Shown one piece after another: positions 18,230 to 29,823 of a stretch of 64,000 nucleotides of DNA. This DNA is from an uncultured Verrucomicrobiae bacterium (lineage in GTDB: Bacteria; Verrucomicrobiota; Verrucomicrobiia; Chthoniobacterales; JAFAMB01), in the NCBI GenBank assembly GCA_963813025.1, contig CAWEXO010000001.1:64001-128000 (forward strand). The letters run 5' to 3'. The notes beneath the pieces are model-generated. The model had not been told where the DNA came from. It ran no database searches and worked only from the letters and a program-made list of their open reading frames with translations. Numbering within the stretch: the stretch's first letter is position 1; each line of letters begins with the position of its first letter. The position numbers and the translations under genes are program-made.

Positions 18230-20389
18230 ATGCTACGAGATCGCGAACCACCAACCGGCTCTTCAACCCATGCCAAAATCTGGCGTGATCGAGCGCGCCC
18301 GGGTGTCATGCTGGGGCACGACCATTTGCCGCGGTCTACTTGCGTGCTGGTTCCCAACCGCCTTGAATCGGAAGATCTTGCCCCTCTCGAAGAAGCGGTC
18401 GGCCGCAAGATCTCTTTTTTTGCGCCGGAATCATTTTGCCTGAAGCACCCAGCCTTCATCCGGAGCGGCCGGATCAAACGCCTGGAAGACAAAGTTTTTT
18501 CTGAACCGGCGTCGCTTGGAATTCGTGACGGCACCGTGATCTGCTTGATTCCCGAGGCTTGGGCAGCGAGGCCCGGAACACCGATTTGCTCAGGAGTAAC
18601 GGCTGCACAGCTGACCGCATTGACAACCGTACCCGTCGTCCCGGTCTGGATCGATCGGCTCTGGGGTTCGCTTTGGCCCAAAGGTGTTCGGGAACCTGTA
18701 AGGATGGCTTTCGGAAAGCCGCTGAAGCAATCTGAGTACTCCCTCGGTCATCTGCACCAGCGGCTCCTGGAGTTAGGCGAACTCTGCTTCAGCAAACGAC
18801 CGGGCTTGGACGATCACCTGGGCCGCGCGACCATCCGCGGACTGCGCAACAGCCAGTTTTCCGAAGTCGTCATTGACGGTATGGACCATCGCCGCTTTAA
18901 AGGAGGCACTCTTCTGGCGGCAAGCATCGCCCTGAGCCGCTGGCTCAAGCGGAATTGCGCGGGAAAGAGAGTTGCCGTGGTGTTGCCGCCCGGCGCTGGG
19001 GCGGTTATCGCGAATATCGCGGTCGTGCTAGCCGACAAAATACCAGTCAACTTGAACTTTACCGTGGGGCGGGCGGCTCTCGGCTCCGCGATCCAACGAG
19101 GCGAGATCGCTCACGCCATCTCGGCCAAACCAGTGATGAAGCGCCTCCAGGAATTTCCCTGGCCCGAGGTGGTTTATCGCCTCGAGGAGCTGGTGCCTAA
19201 ACTGAAGCCAAAAATCGCCCTGTGGCGGCTAGCCGTCCTGGCTCTGCCAGCCCCTGTGTTGAGTTCACTGCTGCGGCTTCCCCGGACGGGTCAGAGCCGG
19301 GAAGCGGTCCTGTTATTTACCAGTGGCACCGCCGGAGAACCGAAGGGAGTCGTCCTCAGTCACCGAAACATTATCGGAAACGTTCTGCAATTTCGTTCCG
19401 TGGTTGATCTTTGCCGTGACGATACGCTGATGGCCTCCCTTCCTTTCTTCCACTGTTTCGGCTGTACAGTAACATTGTGGCACCCGGTCCTTGAAGGTGT
19501 TCGCATAGTAACTTATCCAACGCCCGTCGATGTCGTAAAAAACGCGGAACTGGTCGAGCGTTACAAAGTCACGCTCATGACGACGACTCCCACTTTTCTG
19601 CGCGGATACCTGAAGCGTTGCGAGCCAAGACAATTTGCGACGCTCAAACTGCTGGTTGCCGGAGCAGAAAAGCTGCCACGGGATCTCGCGGAAAGCTTCC
19701 GGCAGAAATTCGGCATTACGGTGATGGAAGGTTATGGACTCACCGAGACTTCACCGGTCGTCAGCGTGAATCTCCCGGAACCGGTCGCGGCCGAACGCGC
19801 CTTACCGAGTGCGCGGACTGGTTCGGTTGGTAAATTACTACCTGGACAAGCTGCGGAGATTCGTGATCCGGAGTCGGGAAAACCCTTGGCTCCGAACGAA
19901 CTCGGAATCCTTTGGCTGAAAGGAGCCAATATCTTCGAGTCGTACCTGAATGAGCCAGGCTGGACCCAACGCACAAAGGTGGATGACTGGTTTTGCACCG
20001 GCGATCTCGCCCGGTTTGATGAAGACGGCTTTCTCTACATCGAGGGTCGGCTATCGCGCTTTTCGAAGATTGCCGGAGAAATGGTCCCGCACGAAACTAT
20101 TGAGGCCAAGATCGTTGAGCTTTTTGGGTTTAAAGCTGAGGAGGAACAGGTGGTGACCGTCGTCGGGCTCCCGAACGACGCCAAGGGAGAGTCGCTGGTC
20201 CTGCTTTCCACCTATGACCTGGCGGTGAGGGAGCTTCGCGGTCGGCTTCTGGCCGCCGGTTTTCCCACTCTCTGGATCCCGAGAACCGTTAAATTGGTTG
20301 AGAAAATTCCGGTGCTGGGTACCGGGAAACTGGACCTGGGAAAGTGCCTCGAACTAGCGCGGAAAGCGCGAACCGAACGAGCGGCCTGA
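18230..20389 (+). CDS. Aas-like acyl-ACP synthetase (AMP-binding) with degenerate N-terminal acyltransferase domain
   Basis: LFTSGTAGEPKGV, EGYGLTE, TGD, GRLSRFSKIAGEMVPH, GTGK; N-terminus has a PlsC-like layout (VPVVPV.ID.LWGS). Confidence 0.85.
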   Translation: MLRDREPPTGSSTHAKIWRDRARPGVMLGHDHLPRSTCVLVPNRLESEDLAPLEEAVGRKISFFAPESFCLKHPAFIRSGRIKRLEDKVFSEPASLGIRDGTVICLIPEAWAARPGTPICSGVTAAQLTALTTVPVVPVWIDRLWGSLWPKGVREPVRMAFGKPLKQSEYSLGHLHQRLLELGELCFSKRPGLDDHLGRATIRGLRNSQFSEVVIDGMDHRRFKGGTLLAASIALSRWLKRNCAGKRVAVVLPPGAGAVIANIAVVLADKIPVNLNFTVGRAALGSAIQRGEIAHAISAKPVMKRLQEFPWPEVVYRLEELVPKLKPKIALWRLAVLALPAPVLSSLLRLPRTGQSREAVLLFTSGTAGEPKGVVLSHRNIIGNVLQFRSVVDLCRDDTLMASLPFFHCFGCTVTLWHPVLEGVRIVTYPTPVDVVKNAELVERYKVTLMTTTPTFLRGYLKRCEPRQFATLKLLVAGAEKLPRDLAESFRQKFGITVMEGYGLTETSPVVSVNLPEPVAAERALPSARTGSVGKLLPGQAAEIRDPESGKPLAPNELGILWLKGANIFESYLNEPGWTQRTKVDDWFCTGDLARFDEDGFLYIEGRLSRFSKIAGEMVPHETIEAKIVELFGFKAEEEQVVTVVGLPNDAKGESLVLLSTYDLAVRELRGRLLAAGFPTLWIPRTVKLVEKIPVLGTGKLDLGKCLELARKARTERAA

Positions 20390-20528
20390 GCGCCTTGCCC
20401 GCCGCAGCTCCGAGCGAAGTGAGGACGAAGGAGGGAGCGGCTTGTTGTAACGCGGTCGGCTGCGGGGGCGTCTGAGTTGAGTTTCCCTTCCGGCCATGTT
20501 CGCCACAGCTTCGGCGACCTCGCTCAAG

Positions 20529-21308
20529 CTATCCCGGACACGGCTCGGACGAAGGCCGAACTGGATAAATCGTCACGTCAAGCCGATTCGCGTAAACGAC
20601 ATGATCGGGCGATCTGTCCGGAACCGCCAAGCCTTCGAGCGCGAACAAGCGCGGGTCAAATGATTCCACGACCGCCGAGCGCAATTGGTATGGCGGGTGA
20701 TACACCCTCCCGGTGTTGAGCCGTTTTTTGTTCCAGGCAAACAGCCGGTAGCGTTCGATCAGGAAAAAATCGAGCGAACCGAAGCTGGCTTCGCCGATAG
20801 CTGAATTAGCCGGAAGCGAGTACTCATAAACGAATCTCCGCGATTGCCCCAGCCGCCGTGATTCATACCGAACCTTTCTTCCGAAGATCTCAAGGCGCAT
20901 CACAGCGTGATGATAAGGCAAATAGAAGAACCGCCGGGCCACCCAAACGGCCAACGGCTGATTGGCATCCAGCGAGTAGAACCAGACGCCCGGCCGCCCT
21001 TCCGTATCGCGGACATAGGTACGCAAATTCAGCTCAAGGAAGCTCGGAACCCCACTGACCCCGGGTAAGCCCGATGGTCGCACACATCGCATGGCAAACG
21101 GAACAATACCTACCCAGGCGCTCCCATCGTAGACATCAACGTCCAGCCCGGGCGGTAAAGTTTGTTGAATTACCGCTGGCGCGAAGCGCCAGTGAAGAAA
21201 GAGCAATCGGCGCCACTGCTGATGCATTACTGGGCGTGCGTTCAACGGCAGTTGGCGTTCGGTCAGTTGCGCAACGACCCATGGCGCCCGATCAGCGAAA
21301 GTGTTCAT
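20529..21308 (-). CDS. DUF2071 / YqjF family protein
   Basis: MHQQWRRLLFLHW, AWVGIVPF.M, FLELNLRTYV, PGVWFYSLDA, FLIERY. Confidence 0.88.
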   Translation of the reverse strand: MNTFADRAPWVVAQLTERQLPLNARPVMHQQWRRLLFLHWRFAPAVIQQTLPPGLDVDVYDGSAWVGIVPFAMRCVRPSGLPGVSGVPSFLELNLRTYVRDTEGRPGVWFYSLDANQPLAVWVARRFFYLPYHHAVMRLEIFGRKVRYESRRLGQSRRFVYEYSLPANSAIGEASFGSLDFFLIERYRLFAWNKKRLNTGRVYHPPYQLRSAVVESFDPRLFALEGLAVPDRSPDHVVYANRLDVTIYPVRPSSEPCPG

Positions 21309-21439
21309 CGTTTTATTGAGCGGTTTGAGCGAGTCTCGGCGCGCGGGAGCAGGTTCGGTTGCGATGAGAGATAATCGGGCATCTGATCAATTTCAGTTCA
21401 GCCAGCTCAGGCCGATCGAGCCGCTCAGGCCGCTTTCCT

Positions 21440-22033
21440 TCAGCCCCCGATCGCCTGGGTCGCAGCCCTTGCCGGAGCTGAGCGAGCCAGCTTATCCGGA
21501 TCGGGCAAAGGCCCCGGTAGAATATCCACTCGCGCACCTACTCCAACCGTCCGGAATAAATGAATAACGTCCGTTGAGCGCATCCTGATGCAGCCATAGC
21601 TCGCGGGCCGGCCGATATTCCGTTCTTCGGGCGTGCCATGAATATAGATGCAGCGTCCGAAGGCATTCCGATTTTCCGCCTGCAGACCGCGCAACCAGAG
21701 AATGCGGGTAACAATCGGATCTCGTCCGGGAGCATTCGGCACCAGCACTTCCCCGGTTGGGTGGCGGTCCCGGAAAACGGCTCCGAGGGGAGCATCAGCG
21801 CCAATCTTCCGCACAACCTCGAGTTCGCCCAGAGGAGTATGACAGCTCCCTGGTCGATCGCCCCAGCCAAATTTTGAAGTTGAGACCTGGTATCGCACAA
21901 GGTGAACCCTGTTTTGATAAACATCCATCGCCTGATCGGCAATGCTGACGACAACGTAATGGCTTCGGTCTTTGGTGGCACATGCCGCCAGCAAAATGTT
22001 CACGGCCAACAAAAGGAATGTACGTATCCGCAT
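21440..22033 (-). CDS. L,D-transpeptidase (YkuD) lipoprotein
   Basis: LLAA-C lipobox; TPLG; IYIHGT..ASYGCIRM catalytic His/Cys motif. Confidence 0.9.
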   Translation of the reverse strand: MRIRTFLLLAVNILLAACATKDRSHYVVVSIADQAMDVYQNRVHLVRYQVSTSKFGWGDRPGSCHTPLGELEVVRKIGADAPLGAVFRDRHPTGEVLVPNAPGRDPIVTRILWLRGLQAENRNAFGRCIYIHGTPEERNIGRPASYGCIRMRSTDVIHLFRTVGVGARVDILPGPLPDPDKLARSAPARAATQAIGG

Positions 22034-22204
22034 GTGCGATACCTTTTAGCAGAAAGCGAGGCGTTGTGCCAATGAGGCGGCGCCTCCGAGTCCCCGAGTG
22101 CCGAGTCGCGAGTTCCGGGTGACGGGTCGCGGGACACGCACTACACCGACACGCAGCCTTCCAGTCATTGACCACTATTAGAATTTCTTATACTTTCCTC
22201 CGCT

Positions 22205-22927
22205 ATGGAAGCAGCCGCTCTTCCTCCCGCGTCTGCGCGTAAATTTTCGGCCAATCGGCTGGTTGCCTTTTATCAGTCATCAATTGGCAAAAAAATTGTG
22301 ATTGCGCTCACCGGAGCGATTGCCCTGCTCTATGTGATCGGACATCTGGTCGGGAACCTGCAGATCTTTGTCAGTCCGCAAAAACTGAACAACTACGCCT
22401 ATTTTTTGCAATCGCTTGGACCGCTGCTCTGGCTGATCCGAATTTTCTTGTTAGCCGCTTTTGTGCTGCACATCGTGGCCACCATCCAGGTCACCTGGCA
22501 GAACCGGCAGGCAAAGCCAATGAAGTACGCCGTGCGCGCTTATCAGAGATCGACGATTGCGTCCCGGACCATGATTGTCAGCGGTCTCGTCGTTCTCTGC
22601 TTTGTCATCTATCACCTGCTGCAGTTCACCGTTATGGCTACCAACCCCGGATTTCGCGACCTGCATGACGCCCAGGGCCATCATGACGTGTACCGGATGG
22701 TGATATTGGGTTTCCAAAACTTCTGGGTTTCTTTCTTTTACATCCTCAGCTTGTTCCTCCTGACGAACCACCTCAGTCACGGTTTTGCCAGCCTGATGCA
22801 GACTCTGGGGATCAATAATCGAAAGATGTCAGCTGGCCTGACCACGGGCGGACTGATCCTTTCCTGGCTCATTTTCGCCGGCTATATCTCCATCCCGATC
22901 AGCGTCATGACCCGACTCATCCGATGA
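22205..22927 (+). CDS. sdhC: Succinate dehydrogenase cytochrome b subunit
   Basis: SSIGKK..A.TG, heme His residues (GHL.GN, LHI, YHL, HL.HG); first gene of sdhCAB. Confidence 0.93.
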   Translation: MEAAALPPASARKFSANRLVAFYQSSIGKKIVIALTGAIALLYVIGHLVGNLQIFVSPQKLNNYAYFLQSLGPLLWLIRIFLLAAFVLHIVATIQVTWQNRQAKPMKYAVRAYQRSTIASRTMIVSGLVVLCFVIYHLLQFTVMATNPGFRDLHDAQGHHDVYRMVILGFQNFWVSFFYILSLFLLTNHLSHGFASLMQTLGINNRKMSAGLTTGGLILSWLIFAGYISIPISVMTRLIR

Positions 22928-22931
22928 ACCT

Positions 22932-24851
22932 ATGACGACCACCCTCGAGGCGAGAGCTCCCTCCGGGCCGCTGGAGAAAAAGTGGGAGAAACACAAGGCC
23001 GAATCGAAACTCGTCAGCCCGAATAATAAACGAAAGTTCGAGTTGATCGTTGTCGGCAGCGGCTTGGCCGGGGCCGCGGCCGCGGCGACGCTGGGCGAAC
23101 TCGGCTACAACGTGAAATGCTTTTGTTTTCAGGATTCACCCAGGCGCGCCCACAGCATCGCCGCCCAAGGAGGCATCAATGCGGCCAAGAATTATCAAAA
23201 CGATGGCGATAGCGTCTACCGGCTCTTCTACGACACCATCAAAGGTGGCGATTTCCGATCGCGCGAGGCGAACGTGTATCGGCTGGCTGAGGTGAGCGTC
23301 AACATCATTGACCAATGTGTCGCTCAAGGCGTCCCGTTCGCACGGGAGTATGGCGGTCTTCTGGCCAACCGGTCTTTTGGCGGAGCGCAAGTCTCGCGCA
23401 CCTTTTACGCACGGGGACAGACCGGCCAGCAATTGCTCCTCGGGGCGTACCAGGCGCTGGAGCGCCAGATCGCGGCCGGATCGGTGCAAATGTTCCCCCG
23501 CACGGAGATGCTCGACCTGGTGGTTGTGAACGGGCACGCGAAGGGGATCGTTGTCCGGGATTTGATTACCGGGGAGGTCAGCTCGCACGCCGCGGACACC
23601 GTCATCCTGGCGACGGGCGGCTACAGCAACGTCTTCTTTCTCTCGACTAATGCCCGCGGCTGCAATGTGACGGCAACCTACCGCGCCTACAAGCGTGGCG
23701 CGTTCTTCGCCAACCCTTGCTATACGCAAATCCATCCGACCTGCATTCCGGTGAGCGGCTCGTATCAGTCCAAGCTGACGTTAATGTCAGAATCGCTGCG
23801 CAACGATGGGCGGGTCTGGGTTCCAAAAAAGAAGGATGATCATCGATCGCCCGAGTCGATCCCCCCGGAAGAGCGCGATTATTACCTGGAACGCAAGTAC
23901 CCGAGCTTCGGCAATCTCGCGCCGCGCGACATTGCATCGCGCAGTGCCAAAGAGGTGTGCGATGAAGGTCGCGGTGTAGGTCCCGGCGGCCTCGGCGTTT
24001 ATCTGGATTTCGCCGACGCCATCAAACGGTACGGCGCCGAAACGATCGAGGAACGCTACGGAAATCTCTTCGACATGTACGCCAATATTACCGGAGAGAA
24101 CGCTTACCGGACCCCAATGCGAATCTATCCCGCCCTTCACTACACAATGGGAGGCCTTTGGGTTGATTACAATCTGATGAGTAATTTGCCTGGATTACAC
24201 GTCTTGGGCGAAGCGAATTTCTCCGATCATGGCGCAAATCGGCTCGGAGCGAGCGCATTGATGCAGGGTCTGGCGGATGGTTATTTCGTTATTCCCTATA
24301 CGCTGGGAAATTATCTTGCTACCCAGATGGGGAAAAAGGTCAGCGTCGATCGGCCGGAGTTTAAAGCGGCCGAAGAAGCGGTGTGTCGTCAAACCAAGAG
24401 GCTGTTAGAAGTCAAAGGTAAACGTACCGTGACGAGTTTCCACCGGGACCTCGGTCTGCTCATGTGGAATAACTGCGGCATGACGCGCAGTGTGCAAAGC
24501 CTGGGCGAAGCGCTTGCCAAAATCCCGCAAATCCGCGAGGAATTTTGGTCCAACGTAAACGTCCTGGGCGAGTCCGGTGAGTTGAATGACTCGCTGGAGC
24601 GAGCTGGCCGAGTGGCGGATTTTCTTGAGTTTGCCGAATTGCTTTGTCGGGATGCTCTTGAGCGGGCGGAGTCGTGCGGCGCACACTTCCGCGTCGAATA
24701 TCAAACTCCCGATGGAGAAGCGCTCCGCAATGACGACGATTTTTCCCACGTCGCGGCCTGGCAATATCAAGGACCGCATGCCGCGCCGACCCGCAACATC
24801 GAACCGCTCGTGTTTGAAAGCGTGAAGCTCTCGCAACGCAGTTATAAATGA
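22932..24851 (+). CDS. sdhA: Succinate dehydrogenase/fumarate reductase flavoprotein subunit
   Basis: [42 protein letters not shown]. Confidence 0.97.
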   Translation: MTTTLEARAPSGPLEKKWEKHKAESKLVSPNNKRKFELIVVGSGLAGAAAAATLGELGYNVKCFCFQDSPRRAHSIAAQGGINAAKNYQNDGDSVYRLFYDTIKGGDFRSREANVYRLAEVSVNIIDQCVAQGVPFAREYGGLLANRSFGGAQVSRTFYARGQTGQQLLLGAYQALERQIAAGSVQMFPRTEMLDLVVVNGHAKGIVVRDLITGEVSSHAADTVILATGGYSNVFFLSTNARGCNVTATYRAYKRGAFFANPCYTQIHPTCIPVSGSYQSKLTLMSESLRNDGRVWVPKKKDDHRSPESIPPEERDYYLERKYPSFGNLAPRDIASRSAKEVCDEGRGVGPGGLGVYLDFADAIKRYGAETIEERYGNLFDMYANITGENAYRTPMRIYPALHYTMGGLWVDYNLMSNLPGLHVLGEANFSDHGANRLGASALMQGLADGYFVIPYTLGNYLATQMGKKVSVDRPEFKAAEEAVCRQTKRLLEVKGKRTVTSFHRDLGLLMWNNCGMTRSVQSLGEALAKIPQIREEFWSNVNVLGESGELNDSLERAGRVADFLEFAELLCRDALERAESCGAHFRVEYQTPDGEALRNDDDFSHVAAWQYQGPHAAPTRNIEPLVFESVKLSQRSYK

Positions 24852-25606
24852 ACTTTAAACTCAAGGTCTGGCGTCAGAAAGAAAGCGCTCCCGCCGGACG
24901 GTTCATCGATTATGCGGCGTCCGATATTCCCGCGGAGGCCTCCTTTCTGGAGATGCTCGACATTGTCAACGAAGGGCTCACTGCGTCCAACGAGGAACCG
25001 ATCGCATTTGACTCCGACTGTCGGGAAGGCATCTGCGGAACCTGTTCTTTAGTTATCAACGGCATACCGCACGGTCCGGGCAAGGCAAAAACGACCTGCC
25101 AGCTCTACATGCGCCGGTTCAAGGATGGAGACACCATTTGGGTCGAACCGTTCCGGGCCGCCCTGTTCCCGGTAATAAAGGATTTGGTGGTCGACCGGAG
25201 CGCCTTCGACCAAATCATCGAGGCAGGCGGCTTTATTTCGGTCCACCCAGGAGAAGCGCCGGAGGCAAACGCATTGCCGATTCCAAAAACAATTGCGGAC
25301 CTTTCGATGGAAGCCGCGGCCTGCATTGGTTGCGGCGCCTGTGTCGCGGCCTGCCCAAACTCGGCCGCAATGCTTTTTGTGGGCGCAAAAGTTTCGCACC
25401 TTGCCCTGCTGCCCCAAGGCCAGGCGGAACGCCGGGAGCGGGTGGTTCGGATGGTGCGTCGCATGGACGAGCTGGGTTTTGGCAATTGCAGCAACCATTA
25501 CGAATGCGAAGCCGTTTGCCCGGCGGAGATCAGCGCGTCCTTCATCTCGCATCTGAATCGGGAGTACGCGGCAGCCACGGCGCAAGAGGCTCTGGCTGTT
25601 TCATAG
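24848..25606 (+). CDS. sdhB: Succinate dehydrogenase iron-sulfur subunit
   Basis: [32 protein letters not shown]. Confidence 0.97.
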   Translation: MNFKLKVWRQKESAPAGRFIDYAASDIPAEASFLEMLDIVNEGLTASNEEPIAFDSDCREGICGTCSLVINGIPHGPGKAKTTCQLYMRRFKDGDTIWVEPFRAALFPVIKDLVVDRSAFDQIIEAGGFISVHPGEAPEANALPIPKTIADLSMEAAACIGCGACVAACPNSAAMLFVGAKVSHLALLPQGQAERRERVVRMVRRMDELGFGNCSNHYECEAVCPAEISASFISHLNREYAAATAQEALAVS

Positions 25607-26701
25607 GAATCCACAAATGGCGTCGCCCATCGCGCCGGTCGACAGTGCCCGCTCACCGTCCTTGGCGATATCGCGGGTCCGCAGCCCATCGGCAATTGTC
25701 CGGCGGACCGCTTGTTCGATCCGGGCCGCCTGTTCATTCAGCCCAAAGGAATACCGCAGCATCAAGGCGGCGGATAATATCTGGGCAATTGGATTGGCAA
25801 CCCCCCGCCCCGCGATATCCGGGGCGGAGCCGCCGCTCGGTTCATACAAACCGAACCGCGACCGACCGGATCCTTCGAGACCCAGGCTGGCGCTTGGCAG
25901 CATTCCGATCGAACCGGTCAGCATCGCCAGTTCATCGCTCAAAATATCGCCGAAAAGATTCTCGGTCACGACGAGATCGAACTGTCGCGGGTCGCGAATG
26001 AATTGCATAGCCGCGTTGTCCACGAGGAGATGGCTGACCTCGATATCGGGGTAGCGCTCGGCCACACGTCGAATGATTGCGCGCCAGAGAAGGCTGTTTT
26101 CCAGCACATTTGCTTTATCGACGGAGACAAGCCGCCGGCGCCGAGTTCGCGCGATCGCAAAAGCCAGTTCAGCGATCCGCTCAATCTCCGTACTCCGATA
26201 GATCATCGTATCCACCGCAACGGTCTCTGAACCTTCCTGACGAGTCTCTTTGGGCTGGCCAAAGTAGAGGCCGCCCGTCAATTCACGGACGCAGAGAATG
26301 TCAAAGCCGCCGGCAACCAGGTCTGGTCGCAAGGGCGAGGACTCGGCCAACTCCGGATAGCAGATGGCCGGCCGAAGATTCGCGAACAGCCTGAAATGTC
26401 GGCGCAGTGGCAACAAGGCAGCCCGTTCTGGCTGTTCGTTGGCTGGCAAAGTCTCCCATTTTGGGCCACCCACCGATCCGAATAAAATCGCGTCAGCCGA
26501 CTCACAGGTCTCCAACGTTCTGCTTGGCAGCGCCTTCCCGGTAGCGTCGATCGCGGCTCCGCCGACCAGAGCATTGCGCTGGTCAAGCCCGATGTCCGCC
26601 CCGGCCAGGCAAGCACGCAACACCTTCAATGCCTCTGCCATGACCTCCGGGCCGATCCCGTCCCCGGCGAGTACCGCAATTTTTAAAATTCTGGGTTGCA
26701 T
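25601..26701 (-). CDS. leuB: 3-isopropylmalate dehydrogenase
   Basis: [45 protein letters not shown]. Confidence 0.97.
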   Translation of the reverse strand: MQPRILKIAVLAGDGIGPEVMAEALKVLRACLAGADIGLDQRNALVGGAAIDATGKALPSRTLETCESADAILFGSVGGPKWETLPANEQPERAALLPLRRHFRLFANLRPAICYPELAESSPLRPDLVAGGFDILCVRELTGGLYFGQPKETRQEGSETVAVDTMIYRSTEIERIAELAFAIARTRRRRLVSVDKANVLENSLLWRAIIRRVAERYPDIEVSHLLVDNAAMQFIRDPRQFDLVVTENLFGDILSDELAMLTGSIGMLPSASLGLEGSGRSRFGLYEPSGGSAPDIAGRGVANPIAQILSAALMLRYSFGLNEQAARIEQAVRRTIADGLRTRDIAKDGERALSTGAMGDAICGFL

Positions 26702-26853
26702 GGGTCGCAGGGGAGTTCACGAATTGGCGTGTGGGCGAACGAGCAAAAGGGAGACCGTGCGAGGAAGACAGTCGGAGTCCATCGAGAACGTTTTAATAGC
26801 ACGCGGTCCATTCATTCCCTTAACTCGCATCATTCAGCCTTTCGCCCTTTCGC

Positions 26854-27555
26854 TCACACTGTCCGAGCCCGGACTGGCAGGCCAACTTGCCCTTTCGCTA
26901 AATCCGCAGCACGGCGCGCGGCGACCACGAAAGCCTGGAGTTTTCCGAAGTTTTTCTGCCCGGGCTCCGACTCAACTCCGCTGGCGACATCCACTGCGTA
27001 AGGATGCAGGAGACTGATTGCTTGCTCGACATTGTCCGGCGTCAAACCGCCGGAAAGGATAAGCGGTTTGGCCAGGAGCAGACCGACCTTTTGTTCCCAC
27101 GCAAATCTGCGGCCGGTTCCTCCCAATCTGGATCCGGCCGAACTATCCAGCAAAATCGCGTTCACTGGGTACTCGTCCGCATGGTTACCAGACCACTCGG
27201 CGGAAACACCAATCGCCTTGATCACCGGCTTCTGAAATTGACGGAGCCGGTCGCAGAATTCCGGCGATTCCAGACCGTGCAGCTGGATTGCATCGAACAG
27301 CGGGCACGTCAGCAACGCTTCCGCTTTTTCAAATGTCGGATTCATGACGACAGCGACCGTTGTGATCTTGTGTTTTGCCTTCCGGATCCAGGCGGCGGCC
27401 TGCGCCAAAGTCACCTGCCGTTTCGATCCCGCTACCAGATTGATGCCGATTGCGTCGGCCCCCGCGTCAATCGCGGCAACGGCATCCGACCAGCGTGTAA
27501 TCCCGCAGATTTTTATCCGAACAGCAGCGGGGTCCGGTTGAAAAAAAAGCTTCAT
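26854..27555 (-). CDS. trpF: Phosphoribosylanthranilate isomerase
   Basis: IKICGIT, IQLHG.E, LLDS..GGTG, LSGGLTPDNV, VDVASGVE. Confidence 0.95.
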   Translation of the reverse strand: MKLFFQPDPAAVRIKICGITRWSDAVAAIDAGADAIGINLVAGSKRQVTLAQAAAWIRKAKHKITTVAVVMNPTFEKAEALLTCPLFDAIQLHGLESPEFCDRLRQFQKPVIKAIGVSAEWSGNHADEYPVNAILLDSSAGSRLGGTGRRFAWEQKVGLLLAKPLILSGGLTPDNVEQAISLLHPYAVDVASGVESEPGQKNFGKLQAFVVAARRAADLAKGQVGLPVRARTV

Positions 27556-27809
27556 TTAGCGAGGCCGTCCTTCAGAGCGATGAGATTTACCGAAAAAAGG
27601 CGGCGTGGAGATCTGGCTATCCGCTGTTTCACGGCCTCGCTGGATAGAGTCCTTGAACGGCGAAGCATAGAATAAGTGGGGAAAAATCCGCTTGAAAAAG
27701 CTTCTTCATCTACATCGAATTTCAGTATTGAAGGACTCTGTTGTTTTTCTGTTTACTCGCAAGCGATTCCTAATACCTTGGGCCAAATCAAAAGGAGTCG
27801 TTTGGCAAT

Positions 27810-28151
27810 ATGGAAGGTGATTTAAGACGGAAAAAGGGGCCAGCGGAAAAGCGTGTTCATCGTGCACCGACGGAGAGTGAACTTCAACCAGCTGAGCCGG
27901 CAAATCAATCGGAAGAAGGATCTCCCAAAACGGAAGAAGCTTTCCCAAAAGCCGTTACTCGGCGAAAGCAGAGCGCTGCTCCGGGCGCAAAACGCGGTGC
28001 TCGCAAGAAGTCCGGTCCGAGCTTTGAACAGATCCAGCTGCGCGCTTATTTCATCGGCGAGCGCCGGCATAAGCTCGGTCAACCGGGCAACGAAACTTCT
28101 GACTGGGTACAGGCCGAACGGGAATTGCGACGCGAGGAGAGAGCAAAGTAG
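27810..28151 (+). CDS. DUF2934 domain protein with basic, low-complexity N-terminus
   Basis: IQLRAYFIGERR..G.PG...DW.QAEREL C-terminal motif. Confidence 0.8.
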   Translation: MEGDLRRKKGPAEKRVHRAPTESELQPAEPANQSEEGSPKTEEAFPKAVTRRKQSAAPGAKRGARKKSGPSFEQIQLRAYFIGERRHKLGQPGNETSDWVQAERELRREERAK

Positions 28152-28158
28152 GAACTTT

Positions 28159-29232
28159 TTAGAAGGGAGCGCGCGCATCCAGCCGGCGCTCCGCTTTTTC
28201 GTCGATTCGCAGATCGTAGATCCCGCCGGCCGGCAAGTCTTTGGCCCATTGCAAGGATGTGCTCGTGATCACCTTTTGCGAATCCGCCGGCAAGCTTTGC
28301 AGAAGCCGGTTCCGACGCCGGTCATCCAGCTCGCCAAAGACGTCGTCGAGCAGCAACACCGGCGGCCGATGGAATTCGGTCTGCAGCAGACGCGCCTGCG
28401 CTAGCTTTAGCGCCAGTGCGGTCGTTCTTTGCTGCCCTTCCGATCCAAAAAGATCGGCCGGACGCGCATTGATTAACACCAGCAGATCGTCGCGGTGCGG
28501 ACCTATGATGGTCGTTTTCAGACGGTGCTCTTCATCCGCGCTGGCGGCCAGTTCGGATGCGAAGTCTGCGCGGACGCCTGGCGAATAGCGCAACGTGATT
28601 GCCTCACCGCCATCGCTGATCGCGGAGAAAGCGGAGTCGAAAGCCGGTTGCAACCGTTCGACCAGAAAAGCTCGCAAAGCGGTGAGTTGATGGCCAAACT
28701 TCAACAGCAACGTCGTGTACGCGGCCACTTCCCGAGGGCGTGCCGGGACCATCTTCAAAAAGGCGTTTCGTGAACGCAACGAGCGCTCATACGACCGGAG
28801 CACCTCGCGGTAATTTCGCACTATTTGGTTGCCGGCGAAATCGAGGAACCGCCGGCGCTGTTCGGCCGAACCGCGCACCAGATCGATGTCCGAATTCGCG
28901 AAATAAACTACCCGACCGACGGACAAGTATTCGTCCGGTTTCGCGTGTACGACTCCGTCGAGGGCCAGCTTTCTTCTGCTCGAACTGTAATAGAACTGCA
29001 GATGATAATTGTTCGCGTAGCCATCGAGAACCAAGCCTTTGGCTCCGAACCGGATAGTTTGCTGGAGAGAAGCAGTTCGGGGGGATTGTAACCGAACAAG
29101 TACGGCGATCGCCTCGAGCAGCGACGTCTTGCCAACCGCGTTTGGGCCGACAAAACAGGTCATCGCTGGATGAAGCTCTAGCTCGAGCTGCCGGAAACAA
29201 CGAAAATCCCGAAGCTTCAAAGAGCGGAGCAC
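28159..29232 (-). CDS. recF: DNA replication/repair protein RecF
   Basis: GPNAVGKTSLLEAI, RRRFLD, GPHRDDL, SEGQQR, LLDDVFGELD. Confidence 0.95.
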   Translation of the reverse strand: MLRSLKLRDFRCFRQLELELHPAMTCFVGPNAVGKTSLLEAIAVLVRLQSPRTASLQQTIRFGAKGLVLDGYANNYHLQFYYSSSRRKLALDGVVHAKPDEYLSVGRVVYFANSDIDLVRGSAEQRRRFLDFAGNQIVRNYREVLRSYERSLRSRNAFLKMVPARPREVAAYTTLLLKFGHQLTALRAFLVERLQPAFDSAFSAISDGGEAITLRYSPGVRADFASELAASADEEHRLKTTIIGPHRDDLLVLINARPADLFGSEGQQRTTALALKLAQARLLQTEFHRPPVLLLDDVFGELDDRRRNRLLQSLPADSQKVITSTSLQWAKDLPAGGIYDLRIDEKAERRLDARAPF

Positions 29233-29305
29233 GGTTCAGATGAGCAGTTTGTCAAGTATCAGTCAATCGAGCGGTTTGCCTGCTCGCCGCCTCACTGTCC
29301 TGTGT

Positions 29306-29785
29306 CGGTAGGGCGAAAATTTTAGAGAACGTCTCGCAACATCCGCTGACCCACGACCGGTAGGGCGAAAATTCATTCGAGCGCCAGCGAGAACTTGTTT
29401 GAGCCGTCTTGGAGGGGTGGCACACTCCTTGTGTCCGGCTCAAACGAGTCCTCGCTAAGGCTCGGATAAATTTTCGCCCTACCGGACCAGGGCCGAGGCT
29501 ATGTCGTGAGACACTCTCTTTTATGCGAGCCGCTTTCGGCATATTGGCGCGACATGGATACGTGTGGCAGGGATGAGCTCCCGACTACGGACAAGCCTTC
29601 GTCGCGGCCCGGATATGGAATGGCACAAACGCTTGAGCGGAGGGCGCGCCGTAGCATTGCGGAGGTGGCCTGCTCGTCCGGGTCGAGAGGTGGCCCGCGC
29701 GCTGCCGGTCAAGCGGGAGCATGCCCTGAGCCTGCCCCCTGCCAACGCGGGGTTGTGCAACAAGTCTCTAAATTTTCGCCCCCCG
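29306..29785. repeat. REP-like mosaic (families A and B) between recF and cytochrome c
   Basis: Contains the intact IS110 target CCGGTAGGGCGAAAATTCATTCGAGCGCC at 29357 and a segment shared with 14355-14473. Confidence 0.85.
29325..29518. mobile_element. 194-bp MITE-like element with imperfect 16-bp TIRs and TTTTA target duplication, nested in a REP-like repeat
   Basis: Ends GAGAACGTCTCGCAAC / GTCGTGAGACACTCTC (12/16 complementary); TTTTA at 29320-29324 and 29519-29523; removal restores GGGCGAAAATTTTAT.CGAGCCGCTTTC as seen in reverse at about 14515-14543. Confidence 0.7.
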
Positions 29786-29823
29786 GCACAAGGCCGGCCC
29801 AGCTTTCGCGGTCAACCCCTTAC

